A stretch of DNA of 64,000 nt from the human T2T-CHM13v2.0 reference genome, Homo sapiens, in NCBI RefSeq assembly GCF_009914755.1, contig NC_060948.1; one strand, 5' to 3'. Of the stretch, positions 1 through 19,808 are shown in pieces; position 1 is the stretch's first letter, and each line of letters begins with the position of its first letter. Both the position numbers and the translations under genes were made by a program. The notes below the pieces were generated by a model, which saw nothing but the letters and a program-made list of their open reading frames with translations, searched no databases and was not told where the DNA came from.

Positions 1-135
1 TGTATAATATGTATCATATATTATATATGTTATGTAATATATATAGTATATATAAGATGACACAGGATAAATATTATATACTATGACATATAAAATATAT
101 GAGGTTATATGTTACATATAAGGCATAGCACATAA

Positions 136-450
<315 letters not shown>

Positions 451-1020
451 AGATCCGTATTTTTTAAATGAAAAAAAATTTCAAAGGTACTCTGCTTGGT
501 ACAATAATCAAATGTATAAACTGAGGAATAAAACATAACCATGAAACCTACTTATAACTGCATATGGAAAATACAGAGGATAATTTTTTAAATAACATAT
601 TTTGAAAGCCTTAACTAGTAATTTGAAGAGTTGGCATTTGAAAGGCCAGTATGAATATACCTTCAAAGCAGCAACACAGGTTCCCCATGAGAAAAAGCAA
701 ACACAGGGAAAATAAAAACACAAAGGTTCAATCTCTTCTGACCTTTGAAAGACACAGCACAGACAGTGGTCCTTAGGACGAAGAGCAGGAGACCCCTAAT
801 TCCGTCACCATGGCGATAGGGCATAAACATTGCTGGGTGAGGGCACAATCCACATTGTGAGGTCCTACTGCTGCCAGGAAGACAGGAGTGCTTTTACATA
901 GACCGAAAGGTCATTGAAGGCTCAGAGTTTTGTTTCAAGAACTGAATCCCAAGCCCACACGTTATTAGGCTGCGCTTCTTAAAACAAGTTATGAGATGGG
1001 AAAAAGGGCACCCACAAACA
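451..1020. repeat. HSATI-type GC-richer segment of unit 1 (recurs after every Alu copy)
   Basis: ~570 bp of mixed-composition sequence between the Alu end (…ctgagcca, 450) and the start of the AT-rich tract (~1021). Its position matches the known AT-rich + HSATI + Alu composition of DYZ2. The name comes from recalled organisation, not an alignment; boundaries are approximate. Confidence 0.75.
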
Positions 1021-2578
1021 TACGTATGCATTATGTATATAATAATATACAGTATCATATATATAATATATATAACCTATGTATAATATTGTTTTACATC
1101 CTGCATCTTATGTTATATATATTGTATAAAATATAATAATTGATAATATATAAGTTTTATAATTATACAATATGACATATAGTATATATTATAATTTATG
1201 ACATATATAATATATGTTATATATCATATATAGAATATATTATACGGTTAATATACGTATTAAATATAAATTATACATTATATATATTATATATAATATA
1301 TCTGTTATATATAATACCCATTATGCATAATATATATATTATGTCTATGTTATATATAGTATAAAACAACATATAATAATATATAATTGTATATATAAAA
1401 TGCGACATAAAATATATATTATATTTTATAACATATGTAATATATATTATATATTATATATAATACGTTGTATGTATAATACCTATATTAAATATATATT
1501 ATATGACTATGTTATTGATTACATGTCACATGTGTTAAATATTATATATTTTACATAGAATATACCGGTTACATACAATATATACTATGTTACCTATAAT
1601 GTATAATTTATTACATGTAAAATAAAGAATGCAATATATTATGTATAATTTATAATATACAATATGTGGAATGTGATATATATAACATATAATATATGAT
1701 ATATGATATACAGTATATGATATATAACATACAATATATGATTCCTAATGTATATGGTATACAATATATATTTTATGATATGTATTCTATATGTTTTATA
1801 TTCTGTTATATATAACTATTTGAAATTATATATAACTGTATAATATTTTATGTAAATATGTAATATAATATATATAACTATATAATATATTATATATAAC
1901 TATATATTATGTTATATATACTTTTATAACATAATTTACATAAAATATCATAATATAATATATATTATATTATTTCATATTACATAATATATATTACATA
2001 TCACCCAATATAACTAACATACATAATATTATAATATAGATTATATTATGTTATATTAAATATCATATATATCATGTATCATATATTCTATAATATATAT
2101 TACACATTATATAATATGAATGTTGTCTATTATGTGATATATATAACTATATATATAATTATATTTTTATACATATAACTAGATAAACATGTAATTCTAC
2201 ATATTTTCATTTATAATATGTAGAATTATATAATCATATATAATTATTTATATTCTATAAAAAATTTTATCATTATATAAATTATAATATATAAAAATTA
2301 TAATATGTACTACAAATATATATATTATATATCATATATGATATAGTACCTTTGTTATATATCATAATACATATAAATGTGTATTATGATATCTATAATT
2401 ATATAATTTCATATATAAGGTGTATAATATGTATCATATATTATATATGTTATGTAATATATATAGTATATATAAGATGACACAGGATAAATATTATATA
2501 CTATGACATATAAAATATATGAGGTTATATGTTACATATAAGGCATAGCACATAACATGTAATATATATCATATATAA
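1021..2578. repeat. AT-rich low-complexity tract of unit 1, degenerate (TA)n/(TATAA)n (recurs in every unit)
   Basis: ~1.56 kb of almost only A/T with tatataata/atattata motifs, ending at the T-run of the next Alu (2579). Confidence 0.9.
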
Positions 2579-2870
<292 letters not shown>

Positions 2871-4975
2871 AGATCCATATTTTTTAAATGAAAAAAAATT
2901 TCAAAGGTACTCTGCTTGGTACAATAATCAAATGTATAAACTGAGGAATAAAACATAACCATGAAACCTACTTATAACTGCATATGGAAAATACAGAGGA
3001 TAATTTTTTAAATAACATATTTTGAAAGCCTTAACTAGTAATTTGAAGAGTTGGCATTTGAAAGGCCAGTATGAATATACCTTCAAAGCAGCAACACAGG
3101 TTCCCCATGAGAAAAAGCAAACACAGGGAAAATAAAAACACAAAGGTTCAATCTCTTCTGACCTTTGAAAGACACAGCACAGACAGTGGTCCTTAGGACG
3201 AAGAGCAGGAGACCCCTAATTCCGTCACCATGGCGATAGGGCATAAACATTGCTGGGTGAGGGCACAATCCACATTGTGAGGTCCAACTGCTGCCAGGAA
3301 GACAGGAGTGCTTTTACATAGACCGAAAGGTCATTGAAGGCTCAGAGTTTTGTTTCAAGAACTGAATCCCAAGCCCACACGTTATTAGGCTGCGCTTCTT
3401 AAAACAAGTTATGAGATGGGAAAAAGGGCACCCACAAACATACGTATACATTATGTATATAATAATATACAGTATCATATATATAATATATATAACCTAT
3501 GTATAATATTGTTTTACATCCTGCATCTTATGTTATATATATTGTATAAAATATAATAATTGATAATATATAAGTTTTATAATTATACAATATGACATAT
3601 AGTATATATTATAATTTATGACATATATAATATATGTTATATGTCATATATAGAATATATTATACGGTTAATATACGTATTAAATATAAATTATACATTA
3701 TATATATTATATATAATATATCTGTTATATATAATACCCATTATGCATAATATATATATTATGTCTATGTTATATATAGTATAAAACAACATATAATAAT
3801 ATATAATTGTATATATAAAATGCGACATATAATATATATTATATTTTATAACATATGTAATATATATTATATATTATATATAATACGTTGTATGTATAAT
3901 ACCTATACTAAATATATATTATATGACTATGTTATTAATTACATGTCACATGTGTTATATATTATATATTTTACATAGAATATACCGGTTACATACAATA
4001 TATACTATGTTACCTATAATGTATAATTTATTACATGTAAAATAAAGAATTCAATATATTATGTATAATTTATAATATACAATATGTGGAATGTGATATA
4101 TATAACATATAATATATGATATATGATATACAGTATATGATATATAACATACAATATATGATTCCTAATATATATGGTATACAATATATATTTTATGATA
4201 TGTATTCTATATGTTTTATATTCTGTTATACATAACTATTTGAAATTATATATAACTGTATAATATTTTATGTAAATATGTAATATAATATATATAACTA
4301 TATAATATATTATATATAACTATATATTATGTTATATATACTTTTATAACATAATTTACATAAAATATCATAATATAATATATATTATATTATTTCATAT
4401 TACATAATATATATTACATATCACCCAATATAACTAAGATACATAATATTATAATATAGATTATATTATGTTATATTAAATATCATATATATCATGTATC
4501 ATATATTCTATAATATATATTACACATTATATAATATGTATGTTGTCTATTATGTGATATATATAACTATATATATAATTATATTTTTATACATATAACT
4601 AGATAAACATGTAATTCTACATATTTTCATTTATAATATGTAGAATTATATAATCATATATAATTATTTATATTCTATAAAAAATTTTATCATTATATGA
4701 ATTATAATATATAAAAATTATAATATGTACTACAAATATATATATTATATATCATATATGATATAGTATCTTTGTTATATATCATAATACATATAAATGT
4801 GTATTATGTTATCTATAATTATATAATTTCATATATAAGATGTATAATATGTATCATATATTATATATGTTATGTAATATATATAGTATATATAAGATGA
4901 CACAGGATAAATATTATATACTATGACATATAAAATATATGAGGTTATATGTTACATATAAGGCATAGCACATAA

Positions 4976-5290
<315 letters not shown>

Positions 5291-7417
5291 AGATCCGTAT
5301 TTTTTAAATGAAAAAAATTTCAAAGGTACTCTGCTTGGTACAATAATCAAATGTATAAACTGAGGAATAAAACATAACCATGAAACCTACTTATAACTGC
5401 ATATGGAAAATACAGAGGATAATTTTTTAAATAACATATTTTGAAAGCCTTAACTAGTAATTTGAAGAGTTGGCATTTGAAAGGCCAGTATGAATATACC
5501 TTCAAAGCAGCAACACAGGTTCCCCATGAGAAAAAGCAAACACAGGGAAAATAAAAACACAAAGGTTCAATCTCTTCTGACCTTTGAAAGACACAGCACA
5601 GACAGTGGTCCTTAGGACGAAGAGCAGGAGACCCCTAATTCCGTCACCATGGCGATAGGGCATAAACATTGCTGGGTGAGGGCACAATCCACATTGTGAG
5701 GTCCTACTGCTGCCAGGAAGACAGGAGTGCTTTTACATAGACCGAAAGGTCATTGAAGGCTCAGAGTTTTGTTTCAAGAACTGAATCCCAAGCCCACACG
5801 TTATTAGGCTGCGCTTCTTAAAACAAGTTATGAGATGGGAAAAAGGGCACCCACAAACATACGTATACATTATATATATAATAATATACAGTATCATATA
5901 TATAATATATATAACCTATGTATAATATTGTTTTACATCCTGCATCTTATGTTATATATATTGTATAAAATATAATAATTGATAATATATAAGTTTTATA
6001 ATTATACAATATGACATATAGTATATATTATAATTTATGACATATATAATATATGTTATATATCATATATAGAATATATTATACGGTTAATATACGTATT
6101 AAATATAAATTATACATTATATATATTATATATAATATATCTGTTATATATAATACCCATTATGCATAATATATATATTATGTCTATGTTATATATAGTA
6201 TAAAACAACATATAATAATATATAATTGTATATATAAAATGCGACATAAAATATATATTATATTTTATAACATATGTAATATATATTATATATTATATAT
6301 AATACGTTGTATGTATAATACCTATATTAAATATATATTATATGACTATGTTATTAATTACATGTCACATGTGTTATATATTATATATTTTACATAGAAT
6401 ATACCGGTTACATACAATATATACTATGTTACCTATAATGTATAATTTATTACATGTAAAATAAAGAATGCAATATATTATGTATAATTTATAATATACA
6501 ATATGTGGAATGTGATATATATAACATATAATATATGATATATGATATACAGTATATGATATATAACATACAATATATGATTCCTAATGTATATGGTATA
6601 CAATATATATTTTATGATATGTATTCTATATGTTTTATATTCTGTTATATATAACTATTTGAAATTATATATAACTGTATAATATTTTATGTAAATATGT
6701 AATATAATATATATAACTATATAATATATTATATATAACTATATATTATGTTATATATACTTTTATAACATAATTTACATAAAATATCATAATATAATAT
6801 ATATTATATTATTTCATATTACATAATATATATTACATATCACCCAATATAACTAACATACATAATATTATAATATAGATTATATTATGTTATATTAAAT
6901 ATCATATATATCATGTATCATATATTCTATAATATATATTACACATTATATAATATGTATGTTGTCTATTATGTGATATATATAACTATATATATAATTA
7001 TATTTTTATACATATAACTAGATAAACATGTAATTCTACATATTTTCATTTATAATATGTAGAATTATATAATCATATATAATTATTTATATTCTATAAA
7101 AAATTTTATCATTATATGAATTATAATATATAAAAATTATAATATGTACTACAAATATATATATTATATATCATATATGATATAGTACCTTTGTTATATA
7201 TCATAATACATATAAATGTGTATTATGTTATCTATAATTATATAATTTCATATATAAGATGTATAATATGTATCATATATTATATATGTTATGTAATATA
7301 TATAGTATATATAAGATGACACAGGATAAATATTATATACTATGACATATAAAATATATGAGGTTATATGTTACATATAAGGCATAGCACATAACATGTA
7401 ATATATATCATATATAA

Positions 7418-7708
7418 TTTTTTTTAGATAGAATCTTGTCCTGTTGCACAGGGTGGGGTACAATGGCGCCATCTTTGCTCACTGCAACTTCTGCCTCACG
7501 GGTCCAAGCGATTGTCCTCCCTCAGCCTCCCAGGTAGCTGGGACTACACCACACTGGGACTACACCAGCTGCCACCATGCCTAGCTAATTTTTTGGATTT
7601 TTAGTAGTGACAGCGTTTCACTGTATTGGCCAGGATGGTCTTGATCTCTTCACCTTGTGATCCCCTTGCCTTGGCCTCCAAATTTGCTGGGATTACAGGC
7701 CTGAGCCA
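7418..7708 (-). mobile_element. Diverged Alu, U4
   Basis: Near-identical copy; tail is T8 rather than T9. Confidence 0.93.
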
Positions 7709-9813
7709 AGATCCGTATTTTTTAAATGAAAAAAAATTTCAAAGGTACTCTGCTTGGTACAATAATCAAATGTATAAACTGAGGAATAAAACATAACCAT
7801 GAAACCTACTTATAACTGCATATGGAAAATACAGAGGATAATTTTTTAAATAACATATTTTGAAAGCCTTAACTAGTAATTTGAAGAGTTGGCATTTGAA
7901 AGGCCAGTATGAATATACCTTCAAAGCAGCAACACAGGTTCCCCATGAGAAAAAGCAAACACAGGGAAAATAAAAACACAAAGGTTCAATCTCTTCTGAC
8001 CTTTGAAAGACACAGCACAGACAGTGGTCCTTAGGACAAAGAGCAGGAGACCCCTAATTCCGTCACCATGGCGATAGGGCATAAACATTGCTGGGTGAGG
8101 GCACAATCCACATTGTGAGGTCCTACTGCTGCCAGGAAGACAGGAGTGCTTTTACATAGACCGAAAGGTCATTGAAGGCTCAGAGTTTTGTTTCAAGAAC
8201 TGAATCCCAAGCCCACACGTTATTAGGCTGCGCTTCTTAAAACAAGTTATGAGATGGGAAAAAGGGCACCCACAAACATAGGTATACATTATATATATAA
8301 TAATATACAGTATCATATATATAATATATATAACCTATGTATAATATTGTTTTACATCCTCCATCTTATGTTATATATATTGTATAAAATATAATAATTG
8401 ATAATATATAAGTTTTATAATTATACAATATGACATATAGTATATATTATAATTTATGACATATATAATATATGTTATATATCATATATAGAATATATTA
8501 TACGGTTAATATACGTATTAAATATAAATTATACATTATATATATTATATATAATATATCTGTTATATATAATACCCATTATGCATAATATATATATTAT
8601 GTCTATGTTATATATAGTATAAAACAACATATAATAATATATAATTGTATATATAAAATGCGACATAAAATATATATTATATTTTATAACATATGTAATA
8701 TATATTATATATTATATATAATACGTTGTATGTATAATACCTATATTAAATATATATTATATGACTATGTTATTAATTACATGTCACATGTCTTATATAT
8801 TATATATTTTACATAGAATATACCGCTTACATACAATATATACTATGTTACCTATAATGTATAATTTATTACATGTAAAATAAAGAATGCAATATATTAT
8901 GTATAATTTATAATATACAATATGTGGAATGTGATATATATAACATATAATATATGATATATGATATACAGTATATGATATATAACATACAATATATGAT
9001 TCCTAATGTATATGGTATACAATATATATTTTATGATATGTATTCTATATGTTTTATATTCTGTTATATATAACTATTTGAAATTATATATAACTGTATA
9101 ATATTTTATGTAAATATGTAATATAATATATATAACTATATAATATATTATATATAACTATATATTATGTTATATATACTTTTATAACATAATTTACATA
9201 AAATATCATAATATAATATATATTATATTATTTCATATTACATAATATATATTACATATCACCCAATATAACTAACATACATAATATTATAATATAGATT
9301 ATATTATGTTATATTAAATATCATATATATCATGTATCATATATTCTATAATATATATTACACATTATATAATATGTATGTTGTCTATTATGTGATATAT
9401 ATAACTATATATATAATTATATTTTTATACATATAACTAGATAAACATGTAATTCTACATATTTTCATTTATAATATGTAGAATTATATAATCATATATA
9501 ATTATTTATATTCTATAAAAAATTTTATCATTATATGAATTATAATATATAAAAATTATAATATGTACTACAAATATATATATTATATATCATATATGAT
9601 ATAGTACCTTTGTTATATATCATAATACATATAAATGTGTATTATGTTATCTATAATTATATAATTTCATATATAAGATGTATAATATGTATCATATATT
9701 ATATATGTTATGTAATATATATAGTATATATAAGATGACACAGGATAAATATTATATACTATGACATATAAAATATATGAGGTTATATGTTACATATAAG
9801 GCATAGCACATAA

Positions 9814-10128
<315 letters not shown>

Positions 10129-12233
10129 AGATCCGTATTTTTTAAATGAAAAAAAATTTCAAAGGTACTCTGCTTGGTACAATAATCAAATGTATAAACT
10201 GAGGAATAAAACATAACCATGAAACCTACTTATAACTGCATATGGAAAATACAGAGGATAATTTTTTAAATAACATATTTTGAAAGCCTTAACTAGTAAT
10301 TTGAAGAGTTGGCATTTGAAAGGCCAGTATGAATATACCTTCAAAGCAGCAACACAGGTTCCCCATGAGAAAAAGCAAACACAGGGAAAATAAAAACACA
10401 AAGGTTCAATCTCTTCTGACCTTTGAAAGACACAGCACAGACAGTGGTCCTTAGGACGAAGAGCAGGAGACCCCTAATTCCGTCACCATGGCGATAGGGC
10501 ATAAACATTGCTGGGTGAGGGCACAATCCACATTGTGAGGTCCTACTGCTGCCAGGAAGACAGGAGTGCTTTTACATAGACCGAAAGGTCATTGAAGGCT
10601 CAGAGTTTTGTTTCAAGAACTGAATCCCAAGCCCACACGTTATTAGGCTGCGCTTCTTAAAACAAGTTATGAGATGGGAAAAAGGGCACCCACAAACATA
10701 CGTATACATTATATATATAATAATATACAGTATCATATATATAATATATATAACCTATGTATAATATTGTTTTACATCCTGCATCTTATGTTATATATAT
10801 TGTATAAAATATAATAATTGATAATATATAAGTTTTATAATTATACAATATGACATATAGTATATATTATAATTTATGACATATATAATATATGTTATAT
10901 ATCATATATAGAATATATTATACGGTTAATATACGTATTAAATATAAATTATACATTATATATATTATATATAATATATCTGTTATATATAATACCCATT
11001 ATGCATAATATATATATTATGTCTATGTTATATATAGTATAAAACAACATATAATAATATATAATTGTATATATAAAATGCGACATATAATATATATTAT
11101 ATTTTATAACATATGTAATATATATTATATATTATATATAATACGTTGTATGTATAATACCTATATTAAATATATATTATATGACTATGTTATTAATTAC
11201 ATGTCACATGTCTTATATATTATATATTTTACATAGAATATACTGCTTACATACAATATATACTATGTTACCTATAATGTATAATTTATTACATGTAAAA
11301 TAAAGAATGCAATATATTATGTATAATTTATAATATACAATATGTGGAATGTGATATATATAACATATAATATATGATATATGATATACAGTATATGATA
11401 TATAACATACAATATATGATTCCTAATGTATATGGTATACAATATATATTTTATGATATGTATTCTATATGTTTTATATTCTGTTATATATAACTATTTG
11501 AAATTATATATAACTGTATAATATTTTATGTAAATATGTAATATAATATATATAACTATATAATATATTATATATAACTATATATTATGTTATATATACT
11601 TTTATAACATAATTTACATAAAATATCATAATATAATATATATTATATTATTTCATATTACATAATAAATATTACATATCACCCAATATAACTAACATAC
11701 ATAATATTATAATATAGATTATATTATGTTATATTAAATATCATATATATCATGTATCATATATTCTATAATATATATTACACATTATATAATATGTATG
11801 TTGTCTATTATGTGATATATATAACTATATATATAATTATATTTTTATACATATAACTAGATAAACATGTAATTCTACATATTTTCATTTATAATATGTA
11901 GAATTATATAATCATATATAATTATTTATATTCTATAAAAAATTTTATCATTATATGAATTATAATATATAAAAATTATAATATGTACTACAAATATATA
12001 TATTATATATCATATATGATATAGTACCTTTGTTATATATCATAATACATATAAATGTGTATTATGTTATCTATAATTATATAATTTCATATATAAGATG
12101 TATAATATGTATCATATATTATATATGTTATGTAATATATATAGTATATATAAGATGACACAGGATAAATATTATATACTATGACATATAAAATATATGA
12201 GGTTATATGTTACATATAAGGCATAGCACATAA

Positions 12234-12548
<315 letters not shown>

Positions 12549-14653
12549 AGATCCGTATTTTTTAAATGAAAAAAAATTTCAAAGGTACTCTGCTTGGTAC
12601 AATAATCAAATGTATAAACTGAGGAATAAAACATAACCATGAAACCTACTTATAACTGCATATGGAAAATACAGAGGATAATTTTTTAAATAACATATTT
12701 TGAAAGCCTTAACTAGTAATTTGAAGAGTTGGCATTTGAAAGGCCAGTATGAATATACCTTCAAAGCAGCAACACAGGTTCCCCATGAGAAAAAGCAAAC
12801 ACAGGGAAAATAAAAACACAAAGGTTCAATCTCTTCTGACCTTTGAAAGACACAGCACAGACAGTGGTCCTTAGGACGAAGAGCAGGAGACCCCTAATTC
12901 CGTCACCATGGCGATAGGGCATAAACATTGCTGGGTGAGGGCACAATCCACATTGTGAGGTCCTACTGCTGCCAGGAAGACAGGAGTGCTTTTACATAGA
13001 GCGAAAGGTCATTGAAGGCTCAGAGTTTTGTTTCAAGAACTGAATCCCAAGCCCACACGTTATTAGGCTGCGCTTCTTAAAACAAGTTATGAGATGGGAA
13101 AAAGGGCACCCACAAACATACGTATACATTATATATATAATAATATACAGTATCATATATATAATATATATAACCTATGTATAATATTGTTTTACATCCT
13201 GCATCTTATGTTATATATATGGTATAAAATATAATAATTGATAATATATAAGTTTTATAATTATACAATATGACATATAGTATATATTATAATTTATGAC
13301 ATATATAATATATGTTATATATCATATATAGAATATATTATACGGTTAATATACGTATTAAATATAAATTATACATTATATATATTATATATAATATATC
13401 TGTTATATATAATACCCATTATGCATAATATATATATTATGTCTATGTTATATATAGTATAAAACAACATATAATAATATATAATTGTATATATAAAATG
13501 CGACATATAATATATATTATATTTTATAACATATGTAATATATATTATATATTATATATAATACGTTGTATGTATAATACCTATATTAAATATATATTAT
13601 ATGACTATGTTATTAATTACATGTCACATGTGTTATATATTATATATTTTACATAGAATATACCGGTTACATACAATATATACTATGTTACCTATAATGT
13701 ATAATTTATTACATGTAAAATAAAGAATGCAATATATTATGTATAATTTATAATATACAATATGTGGAATGTGATATATATAACATATAATATATGATAT
13801 ATGATATACAGTATATGATATATAACATACAATATATGATTCCTAATATATATGGTATACAATATATATTTTATGATATGTATTCTATATGTTTTATATT
13901 CTGTTATATATAACTATTTGAAATTATATATAACTGTATAATATTTTATGTAAATATGTAATATAATATATATAACTATATAATATATTATATATAACTA
14001 TATATTATGTTATATATACTTTTATAACATAATTTACATAAAATATCATAATATAATATATATTATATTATTTCATATTACATAATAAATATTACATATC
14101 ACCCAATATAACTAACATACATAATATTATAATATAGATTATATTATGTTATATTAAATATCATATATATCATGTATCATATATTCTATAATATATATTA
14201 CACATTATATAATATGTATGTTGTCTATTATGTGATATATATAACTATATATATAATTATATTTTTATACATATAACTAGATAAACATGTAATTCTACAT
14301 ATTTTCATTTATAATATGTAGAATTATATAATCATATATAATTATTTATATTCTATAAAAAATTTTATCATTATATGAATTATAATATATAAAAATTATA
14401 ATATGTACTACAAATATATATATTATATATCATATATGATATAGTACCTTTGTTATATATCATAATACATATAAATGTGTATTATGTTATCTATAATTAT
14501 ATAATTTCATATATAAGATGTATAATATGTATCATATATTATATATGTTATGTAATATATATAGTATATATAAGATGACACAGGATAAATATTATATACT
14601 ATGACATATAAAATATATGAGGTTATATGTTACATATAAGGCATAGCACATAA

Positions 14654-14968
<315 letters not shown>

Positions 14969-17073
14969 AGATCCGTATTTTTTAAATGAAAAAAAATTTC
15001 AAAGGTACTCTGCTTGGTACAATAATCAAATGTATAAACTGAGGAATAAAACATAACCATGAAACCTACTTATAACTGCATATGGAAAATACAGAGGATA
15101 ATTTTTTAAATAACATATTTTGAAAGCCTTAACTAGTAATTTGAAGAGTTGGCATTTGAAAGGCCAGTATGAATATACCTTCAAAGCAGCAACACAGGTT
15201 CCCCATGAGAAAAAGCAAACACAGGGAAAATAAAAACACAAAGGTTCAATCTCTTCTGACCTTTGAAAGACACAGCACAGACAGTGGTCCTTAGGACGAA
15301 GAGCAGGAGACCCCTAATTCCGTCACCATGGCGATAGGGCATAAACATTGCTGGGTGAGGGCACAATCCACATTGTGAGGTCCAACTGCTGCCAGGAAGA
15401 CAGGAGTGCTTTTACATAGACCGAAATGTCATTGAAGGCTCAGAGTTTTGTTTCAAGAACTGAATCCCAAGCCCACACGTTATTAGGCTGCGCTTCTTAA
15501 AACAAGTTATGAGATGGGAAAAAGGGCACCCACAAACATACGTATACATTATGTATATAATAATATACAGTATCATATATATAATATATATAACCTATGT
15601 ATAATATTGTTTTACATCCTGCATCTTATGTTATATATATTGTATAAAATATAATAATTGATAATATATAAGTTTTATAATTATACAATATGACATATAG
15701 TATATATTATAATTTATGACATATATAATATATGTTATATGTCATATATAGAATATATTATACGGTTAATATACGTATTAAATATAAATTATACATTATA
15801 TATATTATATATAATATATCTGTTATATATAATACCCATTATGCATAATATATATATTATGTCTATGTTATATATAGTATAAAACAACATATAATAATAT
15901 ATAATTGTATATATAAAATGCGACATATAATATATATTATATTTTATAACATATGTAATATATATTATATATTATATATAATACGTTGTATGTATAATAC
16001 CTATACTAAATATATATTATATGACTATGTTATTAATTACATGTCACATGTGTTATATATTATATATTTTACATAGAATATACCGGTTACATACAATATA
16101 TACTATGTTACCTATAATGTATAATTTATTACATGTAAAATAAAGAATTCAATATATTATGTATAATTTATAATATACAATATGTGGAATGTGATATATG
16201 TAACATATAATATATGATATATGATATACAGTATATGATATATAACATACAATATATGATTCCTAATATATATGGTATACAATATATATTTTATGATATG
16301 TATTCTATATGTTTTATATTCTGTTATATATAACTATTTGAAATTATATATAACTGTATAATATTTTATGTAAATATGTAATATAATATATATAACTATA
16401 TAATATATTATATATAACTATATATTATGTTATATATACTTTTATAACATAATTTACATAAAATATCATAATATAATATATATTATATTATTTCATATTA
16501 CATAATATATATTACATATCACCCAATATAACTAACATACATAATATTATAATATAGATTATATTATGTTATATTAAATATCATATATATCATGTATCAT
16601 ATATTCTATAATATATATTACACATTATATAATATGTATGTTGTCTATTATGTGATATATATAACTATATATATAATTATATTTTTATACATATAACTAG
16701 ATAAACATGTAATTCTACATATTTTCATTTATAATATGTAGAATTATATAATCATATATAATTATTTATATTCTATAAAAAATGTTATCATTATATGAAT
16801 TATAATATATAAAAATTATAATATGTACTACAAATATATATATTATATATCATATATGATATAGTACCTTTGTTATATATCATAATACATATAAATGTGT
16901 ATTATGTTATCTATAATTATATAATTTCATATATAAGATGTATAATATGTATCATATATTATATATGTTATGTAATATATATAGTATATATAAGATGACA
17001 CAGGATAAATATTATATACTATGACATATAAAATATATGAGGTTATATGTTACATATAAGGCATAGCACATAA

Positions 17074-17388
<315 letters not shown>

Positions 17389-19493
17389 AGATCCGTATTT
17401 TTTAAATGAAAAAAAATTTCAAAGGTACTCTGCTTGGTACAATAATCAAATGTATAAACTGAGGAATACAACATAACCATGAAACCTACTTATAACTGCA
17501 TATGGAAAATACAGAGGATAATTTTTTAAATAACATATTTTGAAAGCCTTAACTAGTAATTTGAAGAGTTGGCATTTGAAAGGCCAGTATGAATATACCT
17601 TCAAAGCAGCAACACAGGTTCCCCATGAGAAAAAGCAAACACAGGGAAAATAAAAACACAAAGGTTCAATCTCTTCTGACCTTTGAAAGACACAGCACAG
17701 ACAGTGGTCCTTAGGACGAAGAGCAGGAGACCCCTAATTCCGTCACCATGGCGATAGGGCATAAACATTGCTGGGTGAGGGCACAATCCACATTGTGAGG
17801 TCCAACTGCTGCCAGGAAGACAGGAGTGCTTTTACATAGACCGAAATGTCATTGAAGGCTCAGAGTTTTGTTTCAAGAACTGAATCCCAAGCCCACACGT
17901 TATTAGGCTGCGCTTCTTAAAACAAGTTATGAGATGGGAAAAAGGGCACCCACAAACATACGTATACATTATGTATATAATAATATACAGTATCATATAT
18001 ATAATATATATAACCTATGTATAATATTGTTTTACATCCTGCATCTTATGTTATATATATTGTATAAAATATAATAATTGATAATATATAAGTTTTATAA
18101 TTATACAATATGACATATAGTATATATTATAATTTATGACATATATAATATATGTTATATGTCATATATAGAATATATTATACGGTTAATATACGTATTA
18201 AATATAAATTATACATTATATATATTATATATAATATATCTGTTATATATAATACCCATTATGCATAATATATATATTATGTCTATGTTATATATAGTAT
18301 AAAACAACATATAATAATATATAATTGTATATATAAAATGCGACATATAATATATATTATATTTTATAACATATGTAATATATATTATATATTATATATA
18401 ATACGTTGTATGTATAATACCTATACTAAATATATATTATATGACTATGTTATTAATTACATGTCACATGTGTTATATATTATATATTTTACATATAATA
18501 TACCGGTTACATACAATATATACTATGTTACCTATAATGTATAATTTATTACATGTAAAATAAAGAATTCAATATATTATGTATAATTTATAATATACAA
18601 TATGTGGAATGTGATATATGTAACATATAATATATGATATATGATATACAGTATATGATATATAACATACAATATATGATTCCTAATATATATGGTATAC
18701 AATATATATTTTATGATATGTATTCTATATGTTTTATATTCTGTTATATATAACTATTTGAAATTATATATAACTGTATAATATTTTATGTAAATATGTA
18801 ATATAATATATATAACTATATAATATATTATATATAACTATATATTATGTTATATATACTTTTATAACATAATTTACATAAAATATCATAATATAATATA
18901 TATTATATTATTTCATATTACATAATATATATTACATATCACCCAATATAACTAAGATACATAATATTATAATATAGATTATATTATGTTATATTAAATA
19001 TCATATATATCATGTATCATATATTCTATAATATATATTACACATTATATAATATGTATGTTGTCTATTATGTGATATATATAACTATATATATAATTAT
19101 ATTTTTATACATATAACTAGATAAACATGTAATTCTACATATTTTCATTTATAATATGTAGAATTATATAATCATATATAATTATTTATATTCTATAAAA
19201 AATGTTATCATTATATGAATTATAATATATAAAAATTATAATATGTACAACAAATATATATATTATATATCATATATGATATAGTACCTTTGTTATATAT
19301 CATAATACATATAAATGTGTATTATGTTATCTATAATTATATAATTTCATATATAAGATGTATAATATGTATCATATATTATATATGTTATGTAATATAT
19401 ATAGTATATATAAGATGACACAGGATAAATATTATATACTATGACATATAAAATATATGAGGTTATATGTTACATATAAGGCATAGCACATAA

Positions 19494-19808
<315 letters not shown>

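Noticed and set aside
637-667. Possible hairpin tttgaaagg…gtat-gaat-atac-cttcaaa
   Set aside because: It is short, bulged and AT-rich, and near-identical copies cannot provide covariation support.
508-848. 71-aa and 61-aa minus-strand ORFs repeated in nearly every unit
   Set aside because: They are short, overlapping and have no recognisable domain. Their conservation simply reflects repeat identity, and the 71-aa ORF is frameshifted in five units.
1021-2578. Many TATA-box and AATAAA-like motifs
   Set aside because: They are expected by chance at this base composition and have no gene context.
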